Positions 1-18,490 are shown, counted from the first letter of the stretch. The stretch is 64,000 nt of DNA from Eledone cirrhosa (GCA_964016885.1 OZ024740.1:404054001-404118000); one strand, 5' to 3'. The notes: generated by a model from the letters alone, not told the origin. A program made the numbers and translations.

Positions 1-2740
1 CTAACAGCAGAAGCTTTACCATCAACAACAACAACAGCACTAACAGCAGAGGCTTTACCATCAACAACAACAACAACACTAACAGCAGAAGCTTTACCAT
101 CACCAACAACAACAGCACTAACAGCAGAAGCTTTACCATCAACAACAACAACAGCACTAACAGCAGAGGCTTTACCATCAACAACAACAACAGCACTAAC
201 AGCAGAAGCTTTACCATCAACAACAACAACAGCACTAACAGCAGAGGCTTTACCATCAACAACAACAACAGCACTAACAGCAGAGGCTTTACCATCAACA
301 ACAACAACAGCACTAACAGCAGAAGCTTTACCATCAACAACAACAACAACAGCACTAACAGCAGAGGCTTTACCATCAACAACAACAACAGCACTAACAG
401 CAGAACTTTACCATCAACAACAACAACAGCACTAACAGCAGAGGCTTTACCATCAACAACAACAACAGCACTAACAGCAGAGGCTTTACCATCAACAACA
501 ACAACAGCACTAACAGCAGAAGCTTTACCATCAACAACAACAACAGCACTAACAGCAGAAGCTTTACTATCAACAACAACAACAGCACTAACAGCAGAGG
601 CTTTACCATCACCAACAACAACATTACTAACAGCAGAAGCTTTACCATCACCAACAACAACAGCACTAACAGCAGAGGCTTTACCATCAACAACAACAAC
701 AACACTAACAGCAGAAGCTTTACCATCACCAACAACAACAGCACTAACAGCAGAAGCTTTACCATCAACAACAACAACAGCACTAACAGCAGAAGCTTTA
801 CCATCACCAACAACAACAGCACTAACAGCAGAAGCTTTACCATCAACAACAACAACAGCACTAACAGCAGAAGCTTTACCATCACCAACAACAACAGCAC
901 TAACAGCAGAAGCTTTACCATCAACAACAACAACAGCACTAACAGCAGAAGCTTTACCATCACCAACAACAACAGCACTAACAGCAGAACTTTACCATCA
1001 ACAACAACAACAGCACTAACAGCAGAAGCTTTACCATCAACAACAACAACAGCACTAACAGCAGAGGATTTACCATCACCAACAACAACAGCACTAACAG
1101 CAGAACTTTATCATCAACAACAACGACAGCACTAACAGCAGAACTTTACCATCAACAACAACAACAGCACTAACAGCAGAACTTTACCATCAACAACAAC
1201 AACAGCACTAACAGCAGAACTTTACCATCAACAACAACAACAGCACTAACAGCAGAAGCTTTACCATCAACAACAACAACAGCACTAACAGCAGGGTATT
1301 TACCATCACCAACAACAACAGCACTAACAGCAGAACTTTACCATCAACAACAACAACAAAACTAACAGCAGAACTTTACCATCAACAACAACAACAGCAC
1401 TAACAGCAGAACTTTACCATCACCAACAACAACAGCACTAACAGCAGAACTTTACCATCAACAACAACAACAGCACTAACAGCAGAACTTTACCATCAAC
1501 AACAACAACAGCACTAACAGCAGAAGCTTTACCATCAACAACAACAACAGCACTAACAGCAGAGGATTTACCATCACCAACAACAACAGCACTAACAGCA
1601 GAACTTTACCATCAACAACAACAACAGCACTAACAGCAGAACTTTACCATCACCAACAACAACAGCACTAACAGCAGAAGATTTACCATCACCAACAACA
1701 ACAGGACTAACAGCAGAACTTTACCATCACCAACAACAACAGCACTAACAGCAGAGGCTTTACCATCACCAACAACAACAGCACTAACAGCAGAACTTTA
1801 CCATCACCAACAACAACAGCACTAACAGCAGAAGCTTTACCATCAACAACAACAACAGCACTAACAGCAGAACTTTACCATCACCAACAACAACAGCACT
1901 AACAGCAGAACTTTACCATCACCAACAACAACAGCACTAACAGCAGAACTTTACCATCACCAACAACAACAGCACTAACAGCAGAAGCTTTACCATCAAC
2001 AACAACAACAGCACTAACAGCAGAAGCTTTACCATCACCAACAACAACAGCACTAACAGCAGAACTTTACCATCAACAACAACAACAGCACTAACAGCAG
2101 AAGCTTTACCATCAACAACAACAGCACTAACAGCAGAACTTTACCATCAACAACAACAACAGCACTAACAGCAGAGGCTTTACCATCAACAACAACAGCA
2201 GCACTAACAGCAGAACTTTACCATCACCAACAACAACAGCACTAACAGCAGAACTTTACCATCAACAACAACAACAGCACTACAGCAGAAGATTTACCAT
2301 CAACAACAACAACAGCACTAACAGCAGAAGCTTTACCATCAACAACAACAACAGCACTAACAGTAGAAGCTTTACCATCAACAACAACAACAGCACTAAC
2401 AGCAGAAGCTTTACCATCAACAACAACAACAGCACTAACAGCAGAAGCTTTACCATCAACAACAACAGCCCTAACAGCAGAACTTTACCATCAACAACAA
2501 CAACAGCACTACAGCAGAAGATTTACCATCAACAACAACAACAGCACTAACAGCAGAAGCTTTACCATCAACAACAACAACAGCACTAACAGCAGAAGCT
2601 TTACCATCACCAACAACAACAGCACTAAGAGCAGAGGCTTTACCATCACCAACAACAACAGCACTAACAGCAGAAGCTTTACCATCAACAACAACAACAG
2701 CACTAACAGCAGAAGCTTTACCATCAACAACAACAACAGC
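1..2740. repeat. 39-bp minisatellite (CTAACAGCAGAAGCTTTACCATCAACAACAACAACAGCA) with 37-bp variant units
   Basis: About 70 tandem units visible directly. The + frame reads LTAEALPSTTTTA, but the 37-bp units break the frame. The array starts before the window. Confidence 0.95.
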
Positions 2741-3084
2741 ACCAACGTCCTTGAAAGACATCCCTCTCTCTGACATCACACAGATGGATATGGATCGTGA
2801 CAAAAGCAAAAGAAAAACTCTTTGTCTTCACCCTCAAAAAAGGGTGGCGGAGCGAACGTGGACAAAAGAAAAAAAGCTAAAGCCTTAAAGCAATAAATGC
2901 CAACACCCATACAAAGCTGACCATCACCACCATCAACACCACAATAGATACCAACAAAAATATAGCAAACACAACCAAACCCCCATCCACAACAACAAAA
3001 ACAAACGAAAATAAACCGCAAGAATTACACAGCAATAAACACAAAAAAAAACAACAAGAGAAACTGAAGGAATAGAGGACGAAT

Positions 3085-3240
3085 CGACCTGAGTACTAAA
3101 CTGGTACTTTTTTATCGACTTCGAAAGGATGAAAGGCAAAGCTGACCTCGACGGGATTTGAACTCAGAGAGCAGAGAGCCGGAACAAATACCACAAAACA
3201 CTCTATAAGACGTTCTAACGGCTCTGCTAATTCACCCCCG
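3085..3240 (-). mobile_element. tRNA-derived SINE (abundant octopus-type family)
   Basis: Core CTGGTACT..TTTATCGAC..AGGATGAAAGGCAAAG..GACCTCG..GGATTTGAACTCAGA is shared with at least 8 other copies in the window. Confidence 0.8.
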
Positions 3241-4586
3241 TTAAATACCAGAATACAAAACTTAATTATGTAAACATTTTCACGGTTTCCCCAAGGCCCC
3301 ACAACATTGCCTTCAGTCATTTAGCCGTTATTTATGTAGCTGTGGGTGTTTATGATAACTGCTGTTGATTATGATAACTATTGCCAAGATTTCTGCAACT
3401 ATTGAGAGTTTTCAAGACATCTTCCTTATCACCTTGACTCACATTTGAAATTGTGTTCTTCTCGAGGTATGAAGGAGAAACTGTTTAATTGTTTTGGCGA
3501 TAAGTCAGGTTTAAGTAGGAATGCAGCAACATTTGTTTTATTGACCTTTGCGAATAGTGAGCACTCTAGGCAGTGCTTTTTTTAATAGTAGCAATGGCTT
3601 CGCAGAGAATATTTGCAACCCAACAAACGAGTCTCTCCGTGGTTGTTTTAACTGCTAAAAATAGCATTCAAATTCCATCCAAATCATATCGTACCGTCTT
3701 AATCATTTTGATACCAAACCGCCTAAAACCACTCCTTGGTTCTACAATACCGATCCACTTTGAAATGTTTATATGCATCTAAAAATATTCCATTACAATT
3801 TTATGTAAGAACATTTGGTAATAATGAGAAAGTGTATTATATTACTAAATTCCTCCAAATTCTTGTTTATTTTCGAATAATTTGGAAAATCATAGTGTTT
3901 TTCACTGGAAATATCGAAACATAAATAATTAAAAGATAATGTAGATTTTATGTTACAAAAAGACTGGGTGGTTATATTTGCAATCTCTTTGATCATAGGT
4001 CTGTTTGATCAAGGCTGACCTGGGACTACACTACAGTAATAATCACATCTCGACTTTCAGCTGATTCATTCCATATCTAGTAACCGCTATTAACTTGGCT
4101 AGCTGTGAACTCTATTAGTCAGATCCGCCCTTAGTACATTATATAGAAGAGTATTTTTGAAGTTACCGAATACTCCATTAAGCCATTAAGCTTACTTTCA
4201 ATTGTAATGTTTTTATTGTAATTGCTTTGAGCATAAACCAGTATAAATGCTGAATGTAACAATACAGCAATAGTCAGCAACAGCGATGGGTAAGCCATCA
4301 AGAGTCGTTCGTCTTGCTAAAGGTAGTGGCTCAATTTCCCTCAAATTACACTCATACGGTTTTATAAAGGCATTTGCACATTCGAATATGTACTTCTAGA
4401 TACAGAAAGTCGAGATAGTCGTAATTGGAACCACTTTGATAATAGATCGTCCCAGGAGTAGGCATGAGGCTAAAAAACAAAAATAACCTGAAATATAAGA
4501 CATCAAAAACATTTATTATCTTCGTCGTCGTCGGTATAAAACATCAGCTATTTATTCTAAATTGATATATTTTGTATTTTGTGAAA

Positions 4587-4870
4587 GAGCGTAACCTAGT
4601 AGTTAGGATGTTGAACTTACGATCATGATGTCTTGGATTTGATTCTTAGACTGAGTTGAGTGCTGTGTTCTTGAGGAAAACACTTCGTTTCGTGTTACTC
4701 CAGTGTACTCAGTTAAAAATTAGAACCAGCAGTAGCTTGGGGTTTAACTCTGTGATGAACTGGCGTCCTGTTCTGCCAAAGGGGTATGTCTTGTACTCTC
4801 AATCGCTTAACGTCAAGGTAACCGGTATAAGCACCGGTTTAATGAGCTTCAGGGCTTGAGACAGACTTTA
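4587..4870 (+). mobile_element. Decayed tRNA-headed SINE (second family)
   Basis: Box A/B-like head followed by TGTGTTCTTGAGGAAAACACTT..TTTCGTGTTACTCCAG, similar to 55730-55945. Confidence 0.6.
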
Positions 4871-5258
4871 GACGTGTTTTTAGATTGTAGTGTATGTTAT
4901 ACCCTCCAAGTGCAGCTAATATTCCACCCAGATTATATTGTCATTGGTAGCTTATCCTGTTAAAATGGGACATCCACCGGTTCTGATAATGTGTGTTCCA
5001 GTTGTTTGAACAAAACCAGAACAATCCGGAAGTGACTAAGCATTCGACAAACACGCACATCTTTAAGGTGCTTCTTATGGAGATTCGGCGTGGAAATATG
5101 TGTGAAATACAGATGCATCGTGGAGCTTATTGACCACAGCAGACTTTTTATTTTTCTTCTTATTATTATTCTCGTGAGAGAGAGAGAGAGAGAGAGAGAG
5201 AGTGTGTGTGTGAGAGAGACAGAGTGTGCCTGTGTGTGCGTGAGAGAGAGTGTCTGTA

Positions 5259-5305
<47 letters not shown>

Positions 5306-5384
5306 GGGATGTGAGACGAAAAACTGAAGCCAGTACAAAATTTGTATTTCATTTATTGACCTTGAAATTATATATTATAAAGTT

Positions 5385-5466
5385 GGCCACAGCGGGATTC
5401 GAACTTAGAACACACATGCCCAAAAGTATTGTAACTAACACCCTAATACCTCAGCCAATTGGCCTC
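5385..5466 (-). mobile_element. tRNA-like SINE head fragment
   Basis: The minus strand shows GGCTGAGG (box A-like) and GTTCGAATCCC (box B-like). Confidence 0.45.
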
Positions 5467-6222
5467 AACTTTAACAGGAAATGGAAGCTGACTGTGTAAA
5501 ACTAAGTTTGTAGAGAACCTCAACTTTAAGATGCTTCAATTTAACGTCATGTTTTTTTGTTTTTGTTTTTTTCACTTCTTTGGTTAACTTCTTTTCCTGA
5601 TGAACAGTTTAGACTGTGTGCTTTAAACAAACACCTTAATATAAACACAACATCCTATATTTTATCGTTAGTTTTTCATATGACGTCAAATTACAACTTC
5701 GATATCTGAGTATCTGCCTACTTATGTGATACACTTGTACGTATTCTTCTCTTTATCTTTATAGTCACATTGCTTCCCATAAATATTTTACGCTACTCTT
5801 TGATTATAAGGATTCGGCCCTTATATACTAAAATTATTACCCTTCCAGTAGTTTAAAGAGTCAAAATGTTTCTCCGAACATATATTTGCGCTATTAAAAA
5901 CATAAATAGAATAGTTTTACTTTATAATATAGAGTTTTATTTTTCGACTGAGAAATACTATCAATACAACGACCCTGATATCTGAAGTAGTAAATGTTCA
6001 TTCGCTTAGAGACCATACATAGTGAAAGATTCACTACTGTGTTTATGTGTTCTCTTCCCTTTTCGTGTTATTCAATCTTCTTCTACAATCTAGAAAGATC
6101 TTTTTTCCAGCCTAGACACAAAGCTACAATTAAGAATAAAATTTTGCTACAAATTAGATAGGCACCAACTAACTATCCAGTCACATATTTTAGCACCCAT
6201 GCATTTGTATGTATCCGTATGT

Positions 6223-6320
<98 letters not shown>

Positions 6321-6358
6321 ATATATGTGCATATATATGTATATATATATATTTATAT

Positions 6359-9666
<3,308 letters not shown>

Positions 9667-9685
9667 ATATATATATATATATATA

Positions 9686-10620
9686 TAAGAACAAAAGATG
9701 GATAAAAGAGTTCCATGTATGTTATTATGCGCATTTCAAAAACAAATATCATCATGCAATAATATTTGTGTTTTCATCACATAAAACAGGAAGACATGAT
9801 ATGAAGGTTAAAAAACACTTGTGGATAGTGCAGTTTTAAATCAACATATGAGAAGTAGTTTTAGATTGATGTGTGATATTGGGAAAAATATTTTATTTTG
9901 AGGGGGGGGGGGGGATGAAAAAGAGGAGGAGATGAGAGTAAAAAGTGGAGAAGGAGGAGTATAATGAGGAAGGATGAGATAGGAGGAGAGATGGGTGATA
10001 GAGAGAGAGAGAGATAGCTTTTATAACTGAGAAAGATATATTGTTTTACATAGAGAGGTTGAAAACCGTTGGAAGATAATGTATAAATTAAAAGAATTTG
10101 AAAATTAACGAAGAGAAAAATAATGTAAAGTTAAGGTTTGTATATTGAGGGGTTTAATAATATGTGCGATGAAAAGAAAATGTTAATATATATTAAGAAT
10201 AATATTTAAGGGTTTAATAACATGTGCGATGGAAAGAAAAAGTTAATATGTATTAAGAATGATATTTAAGGGTTTAATAATATGTGCGATGGAAAGAAAA
10301 TGTTGATATGTATTATTAAAAAGAACAACAGGTAATTTAAGTAAGGATATATTGTGAGATGAGCATGAATGAGTTAGATGAAAGGGAGAATAGAATAATG
10401 AATTGAGGATGAATAATCTAACGTCAAAAAAATGTGTTTATGTTTACGAAGGATTTTTACAAGGTGATATAGAGTAAGAATATATTGTATTACGTAATAA
10501 TTGATTCTATGTTAGGCAACAGTGAGAAAAGGTACAGATTAGGGGTTAGACATTAAAAGAAAAAGAGAAGAAAGTGAAGTGATAAATAGGAGCGATATAG
10601 AATGAGTAATAAGTATTATA
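9686..10620 (-). mobile_element. PLE 3' UTR/pLTR fragment (same family as 15010-16400) with a decayed HHR at 9722-9784
   Basis: 9690-9850 matches 15020-15185. The HHR core has C3->G (GTGATGA). Confidence 0.65.
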
Positions 10621-10744
10621 GAATGTATAATAACCTTTGAAATAAGGTAGAAAGATGGGTATATTTTTCAAGAAGTGTATATATATATATGTGCCTTTGA
10701 GAAAATTGCTTTATTGTACTACAATAAAACTCACCTCCTATATA

Positions 10745-11299
<555 letters not shown>

Positions 11300-11303
<4 letters not shown>

Positions 11304-11425
11304 CCTTTGCCGAAAATATAAGTAAGTGATATAGTCACTACTTTAAAAATGATAGCGAATGGTCTTCTAAATGTTTTAATTAAACATACGGTATATTTCC
11401 AAATATACTATACATACATTCATAT
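11300..11425 (+). mobile_element. pLTR 3'-tail fragment (family of 44120-44770)
   Basis: Similar to 44615-44720 and flanked by (TA)n. Confidence 0.55.
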
Positions 11426-12969
11426 ATATATATATATATATATATATAGTGTAAGTATATGTTATATATACATTTGTACAAGCAAAATATTTGAAAATTT
11501 TCGAACATTTTCACATTTCTATCATTGGCTTCTGGTCATAATTTGTGAATTGATTGTTTTCTTTCTAGTTTTGTGAAGTACAACTATTCATTGATCGTGA
11601 GGCAAAATATAAGATTATGAATTGAAATTTATACATGTAACCAATAGTCATATGTATTAATTTCAAGTTCTCTTCTTGGTGTAATATCTATAGATTTTTC
11701 ATTCCATTTTCACGCTGGGAGTTTTCTTTGCAATTTATTTATGATGTGGTGTTCATACCTACTCAACATATAGCCGTTAAAATAAAAGCCCTTTTTTATT
11801 TGTCTTAATTTCTTTCCTATTGTGTAGTATTTTATTTCCTTATTGTTATAAGAGATATATATTTCATCATATTGTCAATTCGCGTAGATTCTACACCACT
11901 GTAGGTTATTATGTATTAAATTTCTGGATTATCGTTCTTATGGGTTACTATAGATATATAACCACTACATCATTCTGGCTAAAACATGATATAGTGATGA
12001 CAATGTCACACAACTATTGATTATGAGAGTTACTTTTAACAATAAATCCACATGATCTACACGGATTGTCATAGCAGAGGATAATAAATACATTTATATG
12101 CATTTTGAAAATTGAGGCATTTTATTTATATTTTCTGCATATTTATATAATTTCAAAAGAATTGCCTTCAGTTTTGTTTCGATATAGTTGACAAATATGG
12201 GGATGCATCTTCTTTAACAATTGTTATATTCTAAAATCGCATCTTCTTTAACAATTGTTATATTCTAAAATCGCATAAAGTTCTTTGCCACATATACACA
12301 AACGTCTTCAAGAAGAGAAACGTCTTCAAGCACTTGGTGGGAAATAAATGCTATCGAAGATATAATACAACATTCAACACAGTTTTGTCTGATATAAAGC
12401 TACCGACTCCGTTTTATCATAATTTGTTTATGTTTTTTGTTGATAATGATGCTCAATATTAGCGGTGGTGTGGATGTTTCTCGTGTCAAACAATAATTAT
12501 TATCAGCTAAGTATTTGGTCAAACTCTAGTCAACAATGTGTATGCTTGTAAATATGTAAACATATCGTTTGTTTCCAGCATTTAAAATCTTTCAATTATA
12601 GTATTCCAAAGTGGTAATCTGTGCATTTGTATATTTTGGTACTAAATCCATCCACTATCTTTTCTTTTGCAGAACTTTTATGGGTTTATGCTAGGGTCTA
12701 CAACAGCAAGGGACACTAAAGTGAGCTTTAATTTCTTTCTGAACGATATAAAGATGTATACTAGAGGTATACTAGAAATATTAATAATGCCGAGAAACAG
12801 CTAGATTTAGTAACATTTTCTGCTGAAATTTGTCCAGAATAAATGTTTATATTTAATAATTGAACGCGAAAAAACTGCTTCCAAAAACTAAATGCTGGTA
12901 AACTATCTCCCTTGTTCTACATAACGAGTCCAAGTCTAAACAGCCGATTTTTCCTATAGAGGAAGAATA

Positions 12970-13121
12970 AACCCCAGTACTGGACTGGTACTTTTTTTAT
13001 CGACCGCGAAAGAATGAAAGGCAAAGTTGACCCAGGAGGGATTTGAACTCAGAGCGCGTAATGAGGTGGGACGAATACCGTAAAGCATTCTACCCGACGT
13101 CGTAATAACTCTGTCAATTTA

Positions 13122-13123
<2 letters not shown>
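12970..13123 (-). mobile_element. tRNA-derived SINE
   Basis: Same core as the other copies. Confidence 0.75.
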
Positions 13124-13205
<82 letters not shown>

Positions 13206-13264
13206 TTATATAAATATATATATATATATTATTTAATTATGTAATAAACAACACAATACAATTA

Positions 13265-13337
13265 TTCCATTTACCAAAGGCTTCACGAAGGCAGGGGACC
13301 TCAACAGAGGTGTCCGAAGTCGTTCATCAGAAAGGAA
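13265..13337 (-). ncRNA. Type I HHR with extended stem II (GAAG instead of GAAA) in a pLTR fragment
   Basis: TTCCTTT-CTGATGA-ACGA..TCGT-GAAG-CCTTTGG-TA-AATGGAA. The sister copy at about 45323-45387 has GAAA. Confidence 0.6.
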
Positions 13338-13480
13338 AATTTAACATGGATGTGAGATATGAAGTTAAAAACAAAAGCTATTACAATTGAAAGCGAGGCT
13401 GAAAGGAAATAAAAAAATAATAAAATAAAATAAAACAACGGAAAAAAATATATATACACAGATGCAGGACATAAGGTTAG

Positions 13481-13529
<49 letters not shown>

Positions 13530-13533
<4 letters not shown>

Positions 13534-14243
13534 CAAAGGAATTGTGGTAAGGAACCAGATGGACCATAACGCACCAGAGTACTCAATACTTAACGTGGTT
13601 CAATCCTCCCCATAATGCCGAGGTGGCAACACCTATCGGGAAAATCTTCTTTAGGCTCATCGAAAAACACTTCCCACTACAACACCGCTACCACAACATA
13701 ATCAACAAAAACACCATCAAACTCTCCTACAGCACCACACCTAACTTCGCACAAAACATCGTCTCCTCAAACAACAAAAAATTCAACCCCTATGGAAGAA
13801 ATAACCTAGACATCAGTGGAGAGCCCCCTCAACAACAAATGCCGAGAACGTAACGTGGTCTACCAGTGCAACGTGAGGACGGACACCTCCAACAAAGCTT
13901 ATATAGGATTAACCGCATGTGACTTCAAGACCCGGCTCTACCAACACCGACATACTTTCCCAAACCCGGTGCCACTACACTTTCGGGCCACATCTGGGAC
14001 CTCCAAGATAATAATATAACCTACAATCTCACTTGGAGCTTAGTGTCCAGAGCTAACTCTTACACGGGAGGACGCCGTCCGTGTAACTTATGCTCGGAGG
14101 AAACATTACAAATACTGTTTTCGAAGGACCAACTCCTAAACAAGAAAGACGAACTGGTAACCGCATGCAAACACAGATTGCGTAGGACTTCCTTCGCCCT
14201 CAAATCCCATAACGACCCGCGTGGGTAGACAAGAGCTGATACC

Positions 14244-14274
<31 letters not shown>

Positions 14275-14990
14275 ACACTTGCCGAATAAGTTAGGCGAAA
14301 CCCCAGCTTACTTAGGTAGATGTATCTCTTTTCTTTTCTTTTCTTTTCTTTTCCTCTTTGTCTTCTTCTTCCCCCTGTCTCATCCTATCACTTCTTTCAC
14401 CCCCTATTTTCTTCCTCGTCTGCTTTTTCCCTTTCGCCTACCTCGATGCAGCCCATCGGGCCTCTGTAGCATCAGTTCCCCAACCCTGTAATTTTAAGAT
14501 AGAATTGGCCGAATAGGTTTTACTAACTACTTATAGCAGACGTGTTAAACCCCTTTAATTTTGTATCAGTTCTGGTACTACTCAATTTCTACAAGTTTTT
14601 TCTATTCTCAACTTATTAACCTGTGTAAGATAGCATTGTGATTTTTTTTATTCATTTCTCACTATATATATTTTTTTTCTATTATCTTTTATTGTCTCCT
14701 ACTCTCATTCGATTTACCTATTCTATAACCTCCCTCCTCCACTTCATACACTATCCATAGAATCTGCTGTATACATATCACTTTCAACGCTTGATCGCTC
14801 CACTCACGCCCCTATTGTTCTACAAGCAAGTTCAGCCACCCCTACCTCCCACCAAATGCCATGATAGACTTATTTGTGTTTACAACAAATTTAACCAGTC
14901 CTCTTGACAACTACAATCTTCCCATATAAGGAAGTACCCCCTTGACAAGTTCGGCTATTTATCCACCAGGCTAAAAGTAGCACTCAGCAG
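13530..14990 (+). mobile_element. 5'-truncated PLE (GIY-YIG part + 3' UTR) with an inverted pLTR tail at its 5' end
   Basis: Frameshifted ORFs WFNPP..IKLSYSTTPN, VYQC..YIGLT..FKTR, CNLCSEE..LNKKDE..CKH. 13530-13590 is the inverted tail. Truncated HHR start at about 14936. Confidence 0.85.
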
Positions 14991-15009
14991 CTTATTGGAC
15001 TGGAGTATA

Positions 15010-16400
15010 TATAAGAAGAAATTAAAAGATGGTTAAAAAAGTTCCATGTATTTTATTATGCGCATTTCAAAAACAAATATCATCCTGGGACGATATTTGC
15101 GTTCTCATCAGATAAAGTAGGGAGACATGATATGAAGCTTTAAAAAAACACTTGTGAGCAACACTTGTTTAATCAACATATGATAAATAAATTTAAAAGG
15201 ATATAGGAGATTGGAAAAACGAAAGGAAGGAGAAAAAAGTAAGGAAGAGGAAGAAAGAAAAAAACGAAAAAAGAAGGAAAGGATGACGGAGGAAGGAGAG
15301 AGAAAGAGAGAGAGATAAACATTTAAACTGAGAAACGCTGTCTCCACAGAGAAATACTAAAAAAACGGTTTTAAATTTATAAATAAATTAAATAAATTAA
15401 AAAATTAAAAGTTAATGAGGTTTATGAATGATGATGTTTATGATTACAGATATAGAAATTAAGTATACTATTTATTTAGGGTTTATATATTTAGGGTTTA
15501 TATATTTAGGGTTTATATAGTGTAGGATTTATTAAGATGTGCGAAAAATTTATTAAAATGTATTATTAAGATAAAATAAAGTAAAATAAGATAAGGTGAA
15601 TGAAAATAAAATTAAATGATTTATAATTTAGAAGACGATATAGGGTCCTAGTTTGTTTCAATAGATTGTAATAGAAAAAGTAATTATTTAAGTTAATACA
15701 AGCATGGAAAGAGAGAAAAAAGAAGAATACGAGGAAGAAAATATTACGTCAAAAATTTGTTTACAAAATTCACCTAATGCTAATATTAATAGATTTGAAG
15801 TAAAAAATTGGGAAATATAGCGGCTTAAAAAAGTAATGTTGAGAAAAAATGATATAAAGATGAACTATTTAAAAGAAAATTTATATCCCCAAGATGATAA
15901 AGGATTTGCTATAGTGAATTAAGAAGTTAAAAAATTAAAAAATTATAAAATAAAAAAATTAAGGGAACAAAAACGTCATAGTATGAATGAACTTTGTAGA
16001 ATGTACTGAAATATGGTAGAAAAAGAGGTATATGTGTAAAAAAGAAATATATGTGTGAGAAACAATTTTAATCTTAATTACGAAGTAAGATATTAGCTGT
16101 AAACTTAGTGAAATGACCTAAGCGATTTATGGATGCAAAGCGAAAATAAATCTGTGCGTCTATTTATTATAGAGTTAAAATTAGAGATAATGGTAAATTT
16201 TTCCGCTAGGCATAAATTACAAGTTCTGGAGAGGAAAGCATTGGAATGAGGAGAAGCGTTGCAGATTTTTCTCCAAGAAATCTTTTAATTAATGTTTTTG
16301 TCTTTTAAGGACCAGATGAGTTCTGAGAGTGCAGTGTTTGTTCTTTTAAGTGGGTATTTAAAAGACGAAGAATGGTTATATAATCTTGCCTTAAATTCAT
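15010..16400 (-). mobile_element. 5'-truncated PLE: GIY-YIG C-terminus (about 16100-16400), long AT-rich 3' UTR and pLTR
   Basis: The minus strand encodes [33 protein letters not shown] and CNLCLAE. HHR near the 3' end. Confidence 0.75.
15052..15116 (-). ncRNA. Type I hammerhead ribozyme
   Basis: TTTAT-CTGATGA-GAACGCAAATATC..GATATTTGTTTTT-GAAA-TGCGCA-TA-ATAAA, with a palindromic stem III. Confidence 0.8.
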
Positions 16401-16414
16401 ATATATATATAATA

Positions 16415-16489
<75 letters not shown>

Positions 16490-16490
<1 letters not shown>

Positions 16491-16744
16491 TATGTATACG
16501 TACCTACATGTATATATACAGACGTACAGTAGTATGTATATATATATACATACATGCACACATATATATATATGTACGTATGGATTCACCGAACATTTAT
16601 TATAATGCTCGGTGTGCATGTATGTATATATATATATACATACTACTGTACGCCTGTATACATATATGTATGTACGTATACATACTTATATTTAAGTAAC
16701 AGCCGTACTAAGAGTGAGAAATGAAATTTCGTTTCATTTTTTCC

Positions 16745-16748
<4 letters not shown>
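16490..16748. mobile_element. Fold-back fragment of the 50873-51310 / 53412-53722 non-coding family
   Basis: Palindrome centred on CACCGAACATTTATTATAATGCTCGGTG. The tail matches 51100-51140. Confidence 0.65.
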
Positions 16749-16779
<31 letters not shown>

Positions 16780-16781
<2 letters not shown>

Positions 16782-16961
16782 TCTACTTTAGGCACAAGGC
16801 CACCAATAACCCAGTTCATTACTGGTACTTTATTTTATCGACCCCGTAAGGATGAAAGGCAAAGTCAACCTCGGCGGGATTTGAACTCAGATCGTAAAGG
16901 GACGTAAGTATGCTGGAAAGCATGGCGTCCGACCCTCTACCGATACTGCCAATCCACCGCC
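16780..16961 (-). mobile_element. tRNA-derived SINE
   Basis: Full-length; near reverse complement of 17531-17716. Confidence 0.85.
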
Positions 16962-17015
16962 CTATATATATATATAGGTACACTTATGTAAGTATGCTAG
17001 TCTTCAGACACCGCC

Positions 17016-17063
<48 letters not shown>

Positions 17064-17530
17064 ATATATATATATATATACATATATGTGCATATATATA
17101 TATATATATGCACAGATGAGCAATGGACTATGCCATGTGGGTTGAACTTGCAAGTGAATTGAAGGATGTGTAACTCTGATATACATATTATTTATTATTA
17201 AGATGTATATACTTGACATAACTAATATCATCTTATAGTCTCTTAACTAATCACATTTGATTATATTTCTCTCTCCCGTTTTCTCCCCCCATATTTATAA
17301 TATTTTTATTTGACAAAATTTGATTTTTTACATTGTGTTTTTCCCTTCCTAATACTTGCTTATATTTTTTTATATATTCTCTATATATTTTTTATATATA
17401 TTTTTTTATCTTTATTCTAATTTTCTTTTTTATCCTTTATATTTTACCTTATTCTTACTTTTATACCTTATTATAGTGTAATCTTCCCCATGCCTTATTA
17501 TACATTATTAATTATAGATTATTATTAAAA

Positions 17531-17740
17531 GGGCGGTGGATTGGCAGTATCGGTGGAGGGTCGGACGCCATGCTTTCCAGCATAGTTACGTCCCTTTACG
17601 ATCTGAGTTCAAATCCCGCCGAGGTTGACTTTGCCTTTCATCCTTACGGGGTCGATAAAATAAAGTACCAGTAATGCACTGGGTAATTGCTGGAATTGTG
17701 CCTAAAGTAGAAACAATTAATTATAGATTATTATTATTAC
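17531..17740 (+). mobile_element. tRNA-derived SINE
   Basis: Head GGCGGTGGATTGGCAG, box B GAGTTCAAATCC, (ATT)n tail. Confidence 0.85.
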
Positions 17741-18049
17741 TCTTATTCCATTTCTAATTACCTCATGTACTTTCTCCTCCGTTATATATATATTGTATGC
17801 CCTTTGTGTGTGTGTAGCCTCTGCACATCCTCTGCACCCTACTATCGACGCCACCCCATCTATGGCTCCACTAACCACTCGACTCCCGGGAATGAATATG
17901 ACCACAGCTAGTAAACAAGGACCCACACCCCACCCTCCCGCACCAAACTTAGACTTATTGTCCCCTGCTTTTGTTCTTTACTCTCTTTACTCTTTGTTCT
18001 TGCATGTTTGGTTGGTAGAGTCCATAACACCAATCAAACCCCTTTTATA

Positions 18050-18094
18050 GCTCTGAAGGATCCTACGGTTACGTACGGAAGAAACATTGTAAGC
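18050..18094 (+). ncRNA. Near-canonical type I HHR in a pLTR fragment
   Basis: GCT-CTGAAGG(A)-TCC-TACG-gtta-CGTA-cGGAa-GAAA-CATTG-TA-AGC. Confidence 0.55.
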
Positions 18095-18156
18095 CAATAA
18101 AAAATTGTTGATGTTGTAGACGCTCTTGTGTTCTTTATCATATATGTATATATATA

Positions 18157-18217
<61 letters not shown>

Positions 18218-18419
18218 GAACGTATATGTACGTTCTCCTATATAAAACAAATTTTCTCACAAAATTAAGTGTATTTTCCTATATATACACATTTGGGTGA
18301 TTATGTGCTATTATTTACGTATTTATTCAACTTATATTCAATATTTGCATATTTGTTTATGTGTGTATGTGTGTGTGTATGTATGTATAGGTATATATTC
18401 TGTATGTAAGTGTATGTGT

Positions 18420-18483
<64 letters not shown>

Positions 18484-18490
<7 letters not shown>

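Noticed and set aside
1-2740. CRISPR-like regularity
   Set aside because: No unique spacers, eukaryotic context and no cas genes.
394-2809. Leu/Val-rich minus-strand ORFs
   Set aside because: Antisense translations of the minisatellite.
11430-12900. Possible decayed retroelement on the minus strand
   Set aside because: I could not recover convincing protein motifs by eye.
16780-17740. Inverted repeats suggesting a DNA transposon
   Set aside because: These are two oppositely oriented copies of the common SINE.
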